A stretch of 64,000 bases of DNA from Vicinamibacterales bacterium (GTDB lineage: Bacteria; Acidobacteriota; Vicinamibacteria; Vicinamibacterales; UBA2999). The notes beneath the pieces were generated by a model, which was not told where the DNA came from, did no database searches, and was given only the letters and a program-made list of their open reading frames with translations. This document shows positions 1 to 7,825 of the stretch, piece after piece. The translations under genes were made by a program, and so were the position numbers. Numbering within the stretch: position 1 is the first letter of the stretch; each line of letters starts with the position of its first letter. The stretch is taken from contig DAIRVG010000001.1 of the NCBI GenBank assembly GCA_036802945.1, positions 97,166 through 161,165 of the forward strand. Direction: 5' to 3'.

Positions 1-2
1 AG

Positions 3-200
3 GCAAACAGCGCGCTCGTCTTTCTCAACTCGTCGGGGGCACACGGCGCATCGATTCCCGCCGACGCGGAGCCCGCCGACCTCGAGCGCTACGCGTACCA
101 GTTCAGAGTTGGTCCGACCCGCGACTCGATCGCCGCGTTGATGAAGCTGCTGCCTCAAGAGCGCCAGCCGGCGTGGGCAGGCAAACTCGTCGAAGCGTAG
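3..200 (+). CDS. 3' end of an upstream gene (about 65 C-terminal codons, product unknown)
   Basis: The frame is open from the window edge to TAG at 198-200. Third positions are GC-rich. No recognisable motif. Confidence 0.3.
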   Translation, partial: ANSALVFLNSSGAHGASIPADAEPADLERYAYQFRVGPTRDSIAALMKLLPQERQPAWAGKLVEA

Positions 201-282
201 CGGTCCACGCCGACCCACGGGGCCATTGTTGCGGCGACGATCCCTGCCGCGCAGAGCTGAGCGGGAGACGCGGGCGTTCGCG

Positions 283-312
283 TTGACAACGCAGATCCCC
301 GTCAGTGACAAT
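283..312 (+). promoter_or_regulatory. Putative sigma-70-like promoter of the regulator/locus
   Basis: TTGACA at 283-288, an 18-nt spacer, then GACAAT at 307-312. It lies about 130 bp upstream of the first gene of the array. Confidence 0.3.
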
Positions 313-318
313 GCCACG

Positions 319-351
319 TTCAGGATCTGAACAGTTTGTTCAGATCTTGAA
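319..351. promoter_or_regulatory. 15-bp inverted-repeat operator candidate
   Basis: TTCAGGATCTGAACA-gtt-TGTTCAGATCTTGAA, with 14 of 15 positions complementary. It sits immediately downstream of the putative -10 element. Confidence 0.45.
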
Positions 352-439
352 CGTCCCAGAGCCCAGCGACCCATCCGACGTCCCCTTGTGACCGAGAGGG
401 CGGTAGCCTGTACGCCGCCCCTTCCCCCTCGCTCGACCC

Positions 440-1054
440 ATGAACGCCGAATCCCAGCGCGATCTGCAGCTCCTCGAAGCTCTCGAGGAACAGTCGACTA
501 TTACCCAGCGCACGCTCGCCGCCCGCCTGGGTATCGCGCTCGGGCTGACAAACCTCTACGTCAAACGGCTCGTTCGCAAGGGATACGTCAAGTGCGTCAC
601 CGTTGCCCCGAATCGCCTCGCGTACCTCGTGACGCCTCAAGGGCTGGCCGTGAAGGCGCGGCTGACCTATGAGTTCATGAAGTACTCGCTCGATTTCTAT
701 CGGGATGTCAGGCGCCATCTCCAGCGAAGCCTGTCGTCGGGCGTCAACGGGCACCAGCGCGTCGCGGTGTACGGCACGGGAGAGGTCGCCGAGCTGGTGT
801 TTCTGTTGCTGAAGGAGATGGGGATCGACCTGGTCGCTGTCTTCAACGACCGCTCAGGTCGCTTCCTGGGCCTTCCAGTAATCGCGATTGCCGATCACCA
901 GGCGTCGGAGTACGACGTATTGATCGTCGCTGCCCTCGAGAAACCGGCCGCCGTGAAGAAGCGGCTGATTGCGGCCGGTGTTCCGGCTGCGAAGCTTCTG
1001 ACGCTGCAGGCAACGACGAATGCCCACGCCGCCGATACACCGACCCGTGTGTAA
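440..1054 (+). CDS. MarR/EPS-locus-type winged-helix transcriptional regulator with C-terminal Rossmann-like domain
   Basis: wHTH block ITQRTLAARLGIALGLTNLYVKRLVRKGYVKCV. C-terminal RVAVYGTGEVAELVFLL block. First gene of the co-directional array. Confidence 0.7.
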   Translation: MNAESQRDLQLLEALEEQSTITQRTLAARLGIALGLTNLYVKRLVRKGYVKCVTVAPNRLAYLVTPQGLAVKARLTYEFMKYSLDFYRDVRRHLQRSLSSGVNGHQRVAVYGTGEVAELVFLLLKEMGIDLVAVFNDRSGRFLGLPVIAIADHQASEYDVLIVAALEKPAAVKKRLIAAGVPAAKLLTLQATTNAHAADTPTRV

Positions 1055-1598
1055 TTCGCGGGGAAGCACGATCTTCCTGACCGGGCTCCCGGCCGCGGGT
1101 AAGACAACGATTGCGGGTGCGCTCGAGCAGTGGTTCGTCGCTCGTGATCTGACGGTGACAATGCTTGATGGCGATGTCGTGCGGACGAGCCTGTCGTCGG
1201 AACTCGGCTTCTCTCGCGTGGACCGCGATCTCAACATCCGTCGCGTCGGATTCGTCGCCGCGGAGGTGACAAGGCACGGCGGCATCGCGATCTGCGCCTG
1301 CGTCGCGCCGTACGACGAGGCGCGCAGGGCCGTCCGCCGGACGATTGAGCAGGTTGGAGCCTTCATCCTGGTGCATGTGGCCACCCGGCTCGACACGTGC
1401 GAAGCACGGGATCCGAAAGGCCTGTATGCCAGGGCCCGTAACGGGTTGCTGCCGCATTTCACCGGCGTCACGGATCCCTACGAGTCTCCGACTGACGCCG
1501 ACGTCGTAATCGACACCGACAAGCTCTCTGTTGACGCTGCGGTGCTCGAGATAGTGAACAGCCTGCGTGAGCGGGCAACCGGAATGGTATGGCCATAG
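1020..1598 (+). CDS. cysC: Adenylylsulfate (APS) kinase
   Basis: P-loop FLTGLPAAGKTT, LDGDVVRTSLSSELGFSRVDRDLNIRRVGF and RDPKGLYARARNGLLPHFTGVTDPYESP. An alternative GTG start at 1047 would remove most of the overlap with the regulator. Confidence 0.9.
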   Translation: MPTPPIHRPVCNSRGSTIFLTGLPAAGKTTIAGALEQWFVARDLTVTMLDGDVVRTSLSSELGFSRVDRDLNIRRVGFVAAEVTRHGGIAICACVAPYDEARRAVRRTIEQVGAFILVHVATRLDTCEARDPKGLYARARNGLLPHFTGVTDPYESPTDADVVIDTDKLSVDAAVLEIVNSLRERATGMVWP

Positions 1599-2740
1599 GA
1601 CGAATCGTTGATGCCACCCTGCGGCGGACCGGTGTGCTGGGTCGCCTGCAGCAGGTGTGGCGCCGTGACCTCGAGCGGGCCTCGACGAAGGACCGCCGCG
1701 ATTCACAGCGGGCGATGAAGCGGCTCGACGACCTCGCGAAAGGCATCACCGAGGAGCAGCGTGCCGGCGATACGCGCCTGCGAGCCATCGAGCGACGACT
1801 GGAGGAGGCGGAGCGTGCCGCCGCCGTGGTGACCGACGCGCGCATATCGGCGATCGAAAAAGGCGTCGCCCAGCTCGCGCTCGTATCCCAGACCAACGAT
1901 CGCCAGGCTCACCTCGTGGCCCAGTGGACGTCGCGATTCGACCCGCGGGATATCTGTGCGCACGTTGCGCGCGCGGTGTCCACCGCTCCGCTGGAGGCGG
2001 CGCCGTGCGCGCACCTGGCGATCGAGGGGCTGTTCCCCGCCGATTTCTACGAGCTCCTGATCGAGAGCCTCCCGACGCCCCAGTTCTTCCCGTCGCGCGA
2101 CCCGATCAAAATGAATCTGCGGCCCGCGAATTTCAAGGTAGTGCCCTCGCTCACGCGGCTGGTGTGGGAGTTCATCGATGCCGACGTCACGCGGACGATT
2201 GCCGAAGCCGCGCTGCAGCGGCTGACTCCTTTCATTCACGCGCGCTATCGCGCGATGTTCGGCGAGGAGGGGGCGGATACCGTCCTCGCGCTGCCGCATC
2301 GTGCGTTTGGCGGGCGGCTGATGTTGCGGCGTCCCGGCTATTCGCAGAAGCCCCACCTCGATCCCAAGAGAGCGTCCGCGACTGTCCTTATCTACGGAGC
2401 CAGACCCGGCGACCCTGAGGCCGTCGGGACGGCGTTGTATGCGCTGGCCAGCCCTGTCGTGCCGGTCGGCACCAGCACCTTCTATCCCCAGGACCATGGC
2501 ATCGCGTGCACGCCGGTCGCACACGTTCCGTTCCGTCCGAATACGGCGGTCGTATTCGTGAACGCGGAAGGTGCGCACGGCGCGGAAATTCCGAAGGACG
2601 TTGCGTCGGACGATCTGCGTCGATACGCGTTCATGCACTACATAGGGCCGGACGTGCCCCAGCTGCTCGAGTTCGTCTCGACCCTGCCTCCCGCCGATCA
2701 GCAGGGATGGCTTGGCCTCGCCGGGTGGGTCGACGAATGA
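1589..2740 (+). CDS. Hypothetical protein: N-terminal coiled coil plus C-terminal domain with a possible HxD...H (2OG/Fe(II)-oxygenase-like) signature
   Basis: Residues ~30-110 are heptad-like and charged (RLDDLAKGITEEQRAGDTRLRAIERRLEEAERAA). The C-terminal part carries KPHLDPK and EGAHGAEIP. Coding-like composition. The stop overlaps the next start. Confidence 0.5.
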   Translation: MAIGRIVDATLRRTGVLGRLQQVWRRDLERASTKDRRDSQRAMKRLDDLAKGITEEQRAGDTRLRAIERRLEEAERAAAVVTDARISAIEKGVAQLALVSQTNDRQAHLVAQWTSRFDPRDICAHVARAVSTAPLEAAPCAHLAIEGLFPADFYELLIESLPTPQFFPSRDPIKMNLRPANFKVVPSLTRLVWEFIDADVTRTIAEAALQRLTPFIHARYRAMFGEEGADTVLALPHRAFGGRLMLRRPGYSQKPHLDPKRASATVLIYGARPGDPEAVGTALYALASPVVPVGTSTFYPQDHGIACTPVAHVPFRPNTAVVFVNAEGAHGAEIPKDVASDDLRRYAFMHYIGPDVPQLLEFVSTLPPADQQGWLGLAGWVDE

Positions 2741-3678
2741 CGCATTTCCTCATCGTGTCGCTCTCGCGCAGTGGTGGGAAGCTGCTTCGGATGCTCCTTG
2801 ACGGTCATCCGAGCCTGAACGCGATCCCCTTCGAACACTGGAACCGATCGTCAAAGGGGGACTTCCCCGCGCGTCGTATCGACGCGTTCGCGCGGTTGTC
2901 GCTCGACCAGAAACTTGCGACGGCCGGTGCGCCGCATGTCGAGCGTAAGTTGCGCCGCTTTCATCCTGACTCACAGGTCGTGGACATCATGAGTCGATGG
3001 CGGGCGGCGAGCGTGGATGCGCAAACGCTCGCGGCGATGTACGAACGCTTCGCGACGAACTATTTCGCTGCTATCGGGAAGGATCCCGCGCGAATCGTTG
3101 TGAACCACTGCGGCAGCCTGTGCCGGTTGTCGCGTGAGCAGCTCGATGCGCTGTACGGGGAGGGACGCCACTTGCTGACGATCCGGGACCCGCGCGCCGT
3201 CTTTGCCTCGATGGAGGCGATGCTGTACCGGAAGTTCACGATCAAGCACGTCCAGAAGAGGAAGGTGTCGGAGACGATGCTCGAGCGGCACATTCAGAAG
3301 CTCGAGCTGATTGATGGCGTATCGACGTACGTGCGCGAGTTCTGTGCCGACTATCGCCACATGATGTCGCACCACGCCGCGCGTGCCGACGTGGTTCGCA
3401 TACGCTTCGAGGATCTGGTGACCTCGCCGGAGGCGGTCACGAAGCAGCTCGCCGCGCAGCTGGCAATCCCCTGGGACAAGTCTCTGTTGAAGCCAACGGA
3501 GTTTGGCGTGGCCCGTGCGGCGAACTCGTCCTTCGGCCGCCAGGGCGTCGGGATTCACAGCCGTGCCGCTGACGACTGGGTCACGCGCCTTTCGCCAGCG
3601 ACACGCCGGTACCTCGAGGAAAATCTGGAAGGCGAGATGGCCGCGCTCGGTTATCAGCCCCTGGCGGCGCAGGTATAG
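2737..3678 (+). CDS. PAPS-dependent sulfotransferase
   Basis: 5'-PSB-like IVSLSRSGGKLL and 3'-PB-like LLTIRDPRAVFAS. ATG at 2737 overlaps the upstream TGA. The longer ORF from 2506 is an out-of-gene extension. Confidence 0.8.
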   Translation: MTHFLIVSLSRSGGKLLRMLLDGHPSLNAIPFEHWNRSSKGDFPARRIDAFARLSLDQKLATAGAPHVERKLRRFHPDSQVVDIMSRWRAASVDAQTLAAMYERFATNYFAAIGKDPARIVVNHCGSLCRLSREQLDALYGEGRHLLTIRDPRAVFASMEAMLYRKFTIKHVQKRKVSETMLERHIQKLELIDGVSTYVREFCADYRHMMSHHAARADVVRIRFEDLVTSPEAVTKQLAAQLAIPWDKSLLKPTEFGVARAANSSFGRQGVGIHSRAADDWVTRLSPATRRYLEENLEGEMAALGYQPLAAQV

Positions 3679-3705
3679 GTCCTCGGCGCCAGCGGCGCGC
3701 GAAAC

Positions 3706-4860
3706 GTGAACACACCTCCGGCCGCGCCACGAATCGTCCTCGGGATGACGCTGCACAACAACGCGCGTCACCTGCGCGAAGCTGCCACGTCTCTCCTTGC
3801 CCAGACACGCACCGATTTCGTCCTGCTGATGCTCGATGACGCCTCGACCGACGCGACGGAAGCGATCGCACGGGAGTACGAACGGCATGACCCGCGCGTG
3901 CGCTACTTCCGGCACGAGCTCCGGCAAGGCATGGTCCGCACGTGGCGTGAGGTGGCTGAGCTGTCCTGGCGCGAATATCCCTCCGCTGAATACTTCGCCT
4001 GGACGAGTGATCACGATCGATGGGAGCCTGACTGGCTTGCCCGGCTCGCGCAGGAACTGGAGAGTCACCAGAACGTGGTGCTCGCATACCCGTTGTGCTC
4101 GTGGATCGACGACGAGGGAGAGCCCGTGGCCAAACGGCCGCGGCAGTTCGCGACACGTGGTCTGGCTGTTCTTCGAGAAAGATGGTCCCACTTCTGCCAC
4201 GACATCGTCGGAGCGGGCGACATGGTTTACGGCCTGATGCGCATCCCGGCGCTGCGTGCCGCGGGCGTCTTTCGCGTGGTCCTGCGCCCGGATCGGCTCC
4301 TCATGGCGCAGATGACCCTGCAGGGGGAGATCAGCCAGACCCAGGAGATTCTCTGGATACGCCGGCAGACGGGTACGGGCAGCGTGACGCGCCAGGGCCG
4401 GACGCTGGTTGCGACCCGGCGTCCGTGGTGGTTCTGGCTGCCTCCATGGACACAGCACGCGTTTGTGTTGTTGCGCGAGCACGGCGCGCCCAATGCCTCT
4501 CCCCGAATACCCCTCGCAACGCTGCTGTGGATGGTGGTCCTGTACCAGGCGACCTATACATGGCGGCACGTCAAGCGTGCCGGCCTTGCGCAGGGCATGG
4601 AGTCGTTCGTCAGCGGCTGCCAGTCGGTGAGGAAGAACGTCAGGCGGACGTATGGCGAGTCGCTGGTGTGGGCGCGTCTCGCTGGCCGCCACGCCGCCGG
4701 CCGGTTGCGCTGGCAGACGCGGCGCGCCCGTCACGAGTTGCCGTTGGCGACACGCGCGATGTCCGCCCGGGTTCGACGTGCCTGTCGCCACCGCGTTCGC
4801 GATGCGCTGGTCCTCACACGTCGTCTCGGTCTCCGGGGCAATTCATCTCCACGAGAATGA
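3706..4860 (+). CDS. Family-2 glycosyltransferase (paralog of the C-terminal half of 9546-11678)
   Basis: IVLGMTLHNNARHL, LLMLDDASTDAT and FAWTSDHDRWEPDWL. GTG start. Arg-rich C-terminal tail. Confidence 0.8.
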   Translation: MNTPPAAPRIVLGMTLHNNARHLREAATSLLAQTRTDFVLLMLDDASTDATEAIAREYERHDPRVRYFRHELRQGMVRTWREVAELSWREYPSAEYFAWTSDHDRWEPDWLARLAQELESHQNVVLAYPLCSWIDDEGEPVAKRPRQFATRGLAVLRERWSHFCHDIVGAGDMVYGLMRIPALRAAGVFRVVLRPDRLLMAQMTLQGEISQTQEILWIRRQTGTGSVTRQGRTLVATRRPWWFWLPPWTQHAFVLLREHGAPNASPRIPLATLLWMVVLYQATYTWRHVKRAGLAQGMESFVSGCQSVRKNVRRTYGESLVWARLAGRHAAGRLRWQTRRARHELPLATRAMSARVRRACRHRVRDALVLTRRLGLRGNSSPRE

Positions 4861-4930
4861 CGCTGCGACTGTACCGCGCCTGTCTCCCAGCACCGCGCTC
4901 GACGCAAGGCGCTGCGCGCCATTGGCACCC

Positions 4931-6097
4931 ATGAGAAAGGTCTGTGTCTTCATCGGCTCACGAGCCAACTACAGCAGCATCAAGTCGGTGATGCGCGCGG
5001 TGCAGCGACATTCGGAGCTTCACCTCCAGCTGATCGTCGGCGCGTCGGCACTGCTCGATCGATTCGGATCCGTCGTCGACGTGATCGAGGCTGACGGATT
5101 CAGGCCCGATGCCCGCGTCGCGATGATCGTGGAGGGGGAGACCCCGGCGACGATGGCGAAATCCACCGGGCTCGCACTCCTCGAGCTGCCGACAATGTTC
5201 GATCTCCTGAAGCCAGACATCGTCGTCTCGGTGGGCGACCGGTTCGAGACGATGGCGACCGCGATTGCCGCGGCGTACATGAACATTCCGGTTGCCCACA
5301 CGATGGGCGGAGAGGTGACCGGCACGATCGACGAGAGCATCCGGCATGCCGTGACGAAGCTGTCGCACGTGCACTTTCCGGCCAACACGGCCGCGGCGGA
5401 ACGGATCATCCGCATGGGCGAGCACCCCGATACGGTGCACCCGGTCGGCTGCCCTCGGATCGATCTTGTCAAGGAGATCGCGAGCGCCAGCGGTGGCTCG
5501 CCGCACGAAGACTGGCTGGAACGCGACGGCGTCGGCGCGCACGTCGACCTGTCGAAACCTTTCCTGCTCGTGAACCACCATCCCGTTACGACCGAATACG
5601 GTCAGGGCAAGGATCAAATCTGGGAAACGCTCTGGGCGCTGAACGAGTTGAAAATGCCGACGATCATGCTCTGGCCCAACGTCGATGCGGGCTCCGAGGA
5701 CATCGCGACCGGCATGCGGACGTTTCGCGAGAAGCTGAAGCCCGACTACATCCGGTTCTACAAGAACTTCCCGATCGAAACGTACGTGCGGCTCATGATG
5801 TTGTGCGCGTGTGCCGCAGGGAACTCGAGCGCGCCCATTCGGGAGGGGGCGTTCCTCGGTGTCCCCGCGGTGAACATCGGCACGAGGCAGACGGGGCGCG
5901 ATCGGGGCCCGAACGTGCGGGACGTCGGGTATTCGCGGGACGAAATTGCAGATGCCATCCGCGGACAGGTCGCGCACGGACGATTTCCATCCGATCAGTT
6001 GTACGGCGATGGACATGCCGGCGTGCGGGTGGCCGACGTGCTCGCACACGTCCCCTTGACGGTGCAGAAGCGTCTCGTGTTCATGCAACCCGCCTGA
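4931..6097 (+). CDS. neuC: UDP-sugar 2-epimerase, hydrolysing (NeuC/LegG type), copy 1
   Basis: KVCVFIGSRANYSS, GDRFETMA and HTMGGEVTGTIDESIRHAVTKLSHVHF. ATG at 4931 within the longer ORF 4652-6097. Confidence 0.85.
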   Translation: MRKVCVFIGSRANYSSIKSVMRAVQRHSELHLQLIVGASALLDRFGSVVDVIEADGFRPDARVAMIVEGETPATMAKSTGLALLELPTMFDLLKPDIVVSVGDRFETMATAIAAAYMNIPVAHTMGGEVTGTIDESIRHAVTKLSHVHFPANTAAAERIIRMGEHPDTVHPVGCPRIDLVKEIASASGGSPHEDWLERDGVGAHVDLSKPFLLVNHHPVTTEYGQGKDQIWETLWALNELKMPTIMLWPNVDAGSEDIATGMRTFREKLKPDYIRFYKNFPIETYVRLMMLCACAAGNSSAPIREGAFLGVPAVNIGTRQTGRDRGPNVRDVGYSRDEIADAIRGQVAHGRFPSDQLYGDGHAGVRVADVLAHVPLTVQKRLVFMQPA

Positions 6098-6801
6098 TGA
6101 AGGTCCTCGGTGTCATTCCTGCGCGCGGCGGATCGAAAGGCGTACCCGGCAAGAATCTGCGCTTCGTCGCCGGAAAGCCGTTGATCGCATACACAATCGA
6201 TGCGGCTCGCGCCAGCCGTCGGTTGAGCCGAGTGGTGTTGAGCACGGACGACCCCGCGATCGCGGACGCGGGGCGGGCGCTCGGCGCCGAGGTGCCGTTC
6301 ATGCGTCCCGCTGAACTTGCGTCCGACGACGCCGCCATACTGCCGGTGCTTCGCCACACGACTCACGAGATGGCGGTGCGCGGCTTCGAGGCGGATGCGG
6401 TGGTCCTGTTGCAACCGACGTCGCCGCTGCGCCGCGGCGAGCACATCGATGCCGCCATCGATCTGCTGGCGCAGACCGGTGCAGATTCAGTGGTGAGTAT
6501 TGTCGAGGTGCCGCATCAGTTCAGCCCCGGATCGCTGATGCAGCTCGACGGTGATCGACTGCGGCCGGTGACGGACGGTCCACTCGTCCTGCAGCGGCAG
6601 CACAAGCCTTCCGTTTATGCGCGCAACGGTCCAGCGGTGCTTGCCGTTCGCACCGCGCAGCTCGCGCGAGGGGCGCTCTATGGGAGCGACACGCGCGCCA
6701 TCGTCATGACCGCCGAAGAATCGCTCGACATCGACGCGCCCTGGGATCTCGAGCTGCTCGAGTTCATTCTCTCGCGCCGTATGGCACGTCATGCCGGCTG
6801 A
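6097..6801 (+). CDS. neuA: Acylneuraminate/nonulosonate cytidylyltransferase, copy 1
   Basis: VIPARGGSKGVPGKN and LLQPTSPLR. The ATG overlaps the neuC stop. Confidence 0.85.
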   Translation: MKVLGVIPARGGSKGVPGKNLRFVAGKPLIAYTIDAARASRRLSRVVLSTDDPAIADAGRALGAEVPFMRPAELASDDAAILPVLRHTTHEMAVRGFEADAVVLLQPTSPLRRGEHIDAAIDLLAQTGADSVVSIVEVPHQFSPGSLMQLDGDRLRPVTDGPLVLQRQHKPSVYARNGPAVLAVRTAQLARGALYGSDTRAIVMTAEESLDIDAPWDLELLEFILSRRMARHAG

Positions 6802-7825
6802 CGCGCTCGACCAACAGGCTACGATGCAGATTCCCTATCGGCGTGTCGCGGAGTACGAGCCGGTCGACGTGACGCAATTGCGGCCCGGAAGCTCGTACCA
6901 GCAGCTGATTGCGAAGCGAACGCACCCGATCGATGAACTGGTGCGCGTGCACGGCAAGATCCCGGAGGCCTTGCTCACTCCGCGCGTGTGTCCGACGTGC
7001 GGCAGCGAGCACGAGAAACTGGAGCTCGAGAAGGATCACATGCGGATCGTGCGGTGCACTGGGTGCGATCTCGTCTACGTCAGCCCGACGTTCGATGAAG
7101 CTCACTACAAGGCGGTGTACGCGTCGGCTGAGTACCAGGAGATCGTGCGCGATCTCGGCGCCAGGAGCCACGAGTACCGCGTCGCGAGGTTCGGTGCCGA
7201 GCGCGTGGCGCTGATGACGCAGCATGTGCGCGGGACGCGACCGCGGTACGTGGACGTCGGCTGCAGCACGGGGTTCGTCGTCGAGGCCGCCCGTGATGCC
7301 GGTTGGGACGCTGTCGGGATCGATCTAAACCCGTCCGCGATCGAGTTCGGTCGTGCACGCGGGCTCGACCTGCGTATCGCGGCGCTCGAGGATGCCGGCC
7401 TGGCGGCAGAGAGCTTTGACGCGGTGTCGCTTTTCGACGTGTTGGAGCATCTCCTCGATCCCGTTCGCACGCTGCGCGCCAGCATCCGCCTCCTGAAGGC
7501 CGGCGGCATCATCTTTCTCTATGTGCCGAACTACGATTCGGCTTCACGGCTGCTCATGGGGAGCGCCGCGCACTTCATCTGGCCGACCCACCACCTGAAC
7601 TACTACACGCCTGTCACGATTCGCGATCTCATGGCCCGTGAAGGGCTTGCGACGGAGTACGTCGCAACCGAGGGGCTCGACATCGTGGACTACCTCTGGT
7701 ACCGCCGTGAGGTTCTCGGCAAGGGAGACGAGGGTGTGGCGGAGATTGCCGACACACTGCAGTTCCTCACGAATGCCGGCGCTTACGGCAAGAATCTTCG
7801 AGTCATCGCCCGCAAGTGCGGATGA
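6791..7825 (+). CDS. Class I SAM-dependent methyltransferase with N-terminal Cys4 zinc ribbon
   Basis: CPTCGS...CTGCDLVYVSP, SAM motif VDVGCSTGFVV and DAVSLFDVLEHLLDP. Confidence 0.8.
   Translation: MPADALDQQATMQIPYRRVAEYEPVDVTQLRPGSSYQQLIAKRTHPIDELVRVHGKIPEALLTPRVCPTCGSEHEKLELEKDHMRIVRCTGCDLVYVSPTFDEAHYKAVYASAEYQEIVRDLGARSHEYRVARFGAERVALMTQHVRGTRPRYVDVGCSTGFVVEAARDAGWDAVGIDLNPSAIEFGRARGLDLRIAALEDAGLAAESFDAVSLFDVLEHLLDPVRTLRASIRLLKAGGIIFLYVPNYDSASRLLMGSAAHFIWPTHHLNYYTPVTIRDLMAREGLATEYVATEGLDIVDYLWYRREVLGKGDEGVAEIADTLQFLTNAGAYGKNLRVIARKCG

Noticed and set aside
2971-4791. 606-aa minus-strand ORF antisense to the sulfotransferase and GT2 genes
   Set aside because: It is Arg/Pro/Gly/His-rich and low in complexity, has no motifs, and is fully antisense to two plus-strand genes with clear family signatures. 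This is a typical shadow ORF of high-GC DNA.
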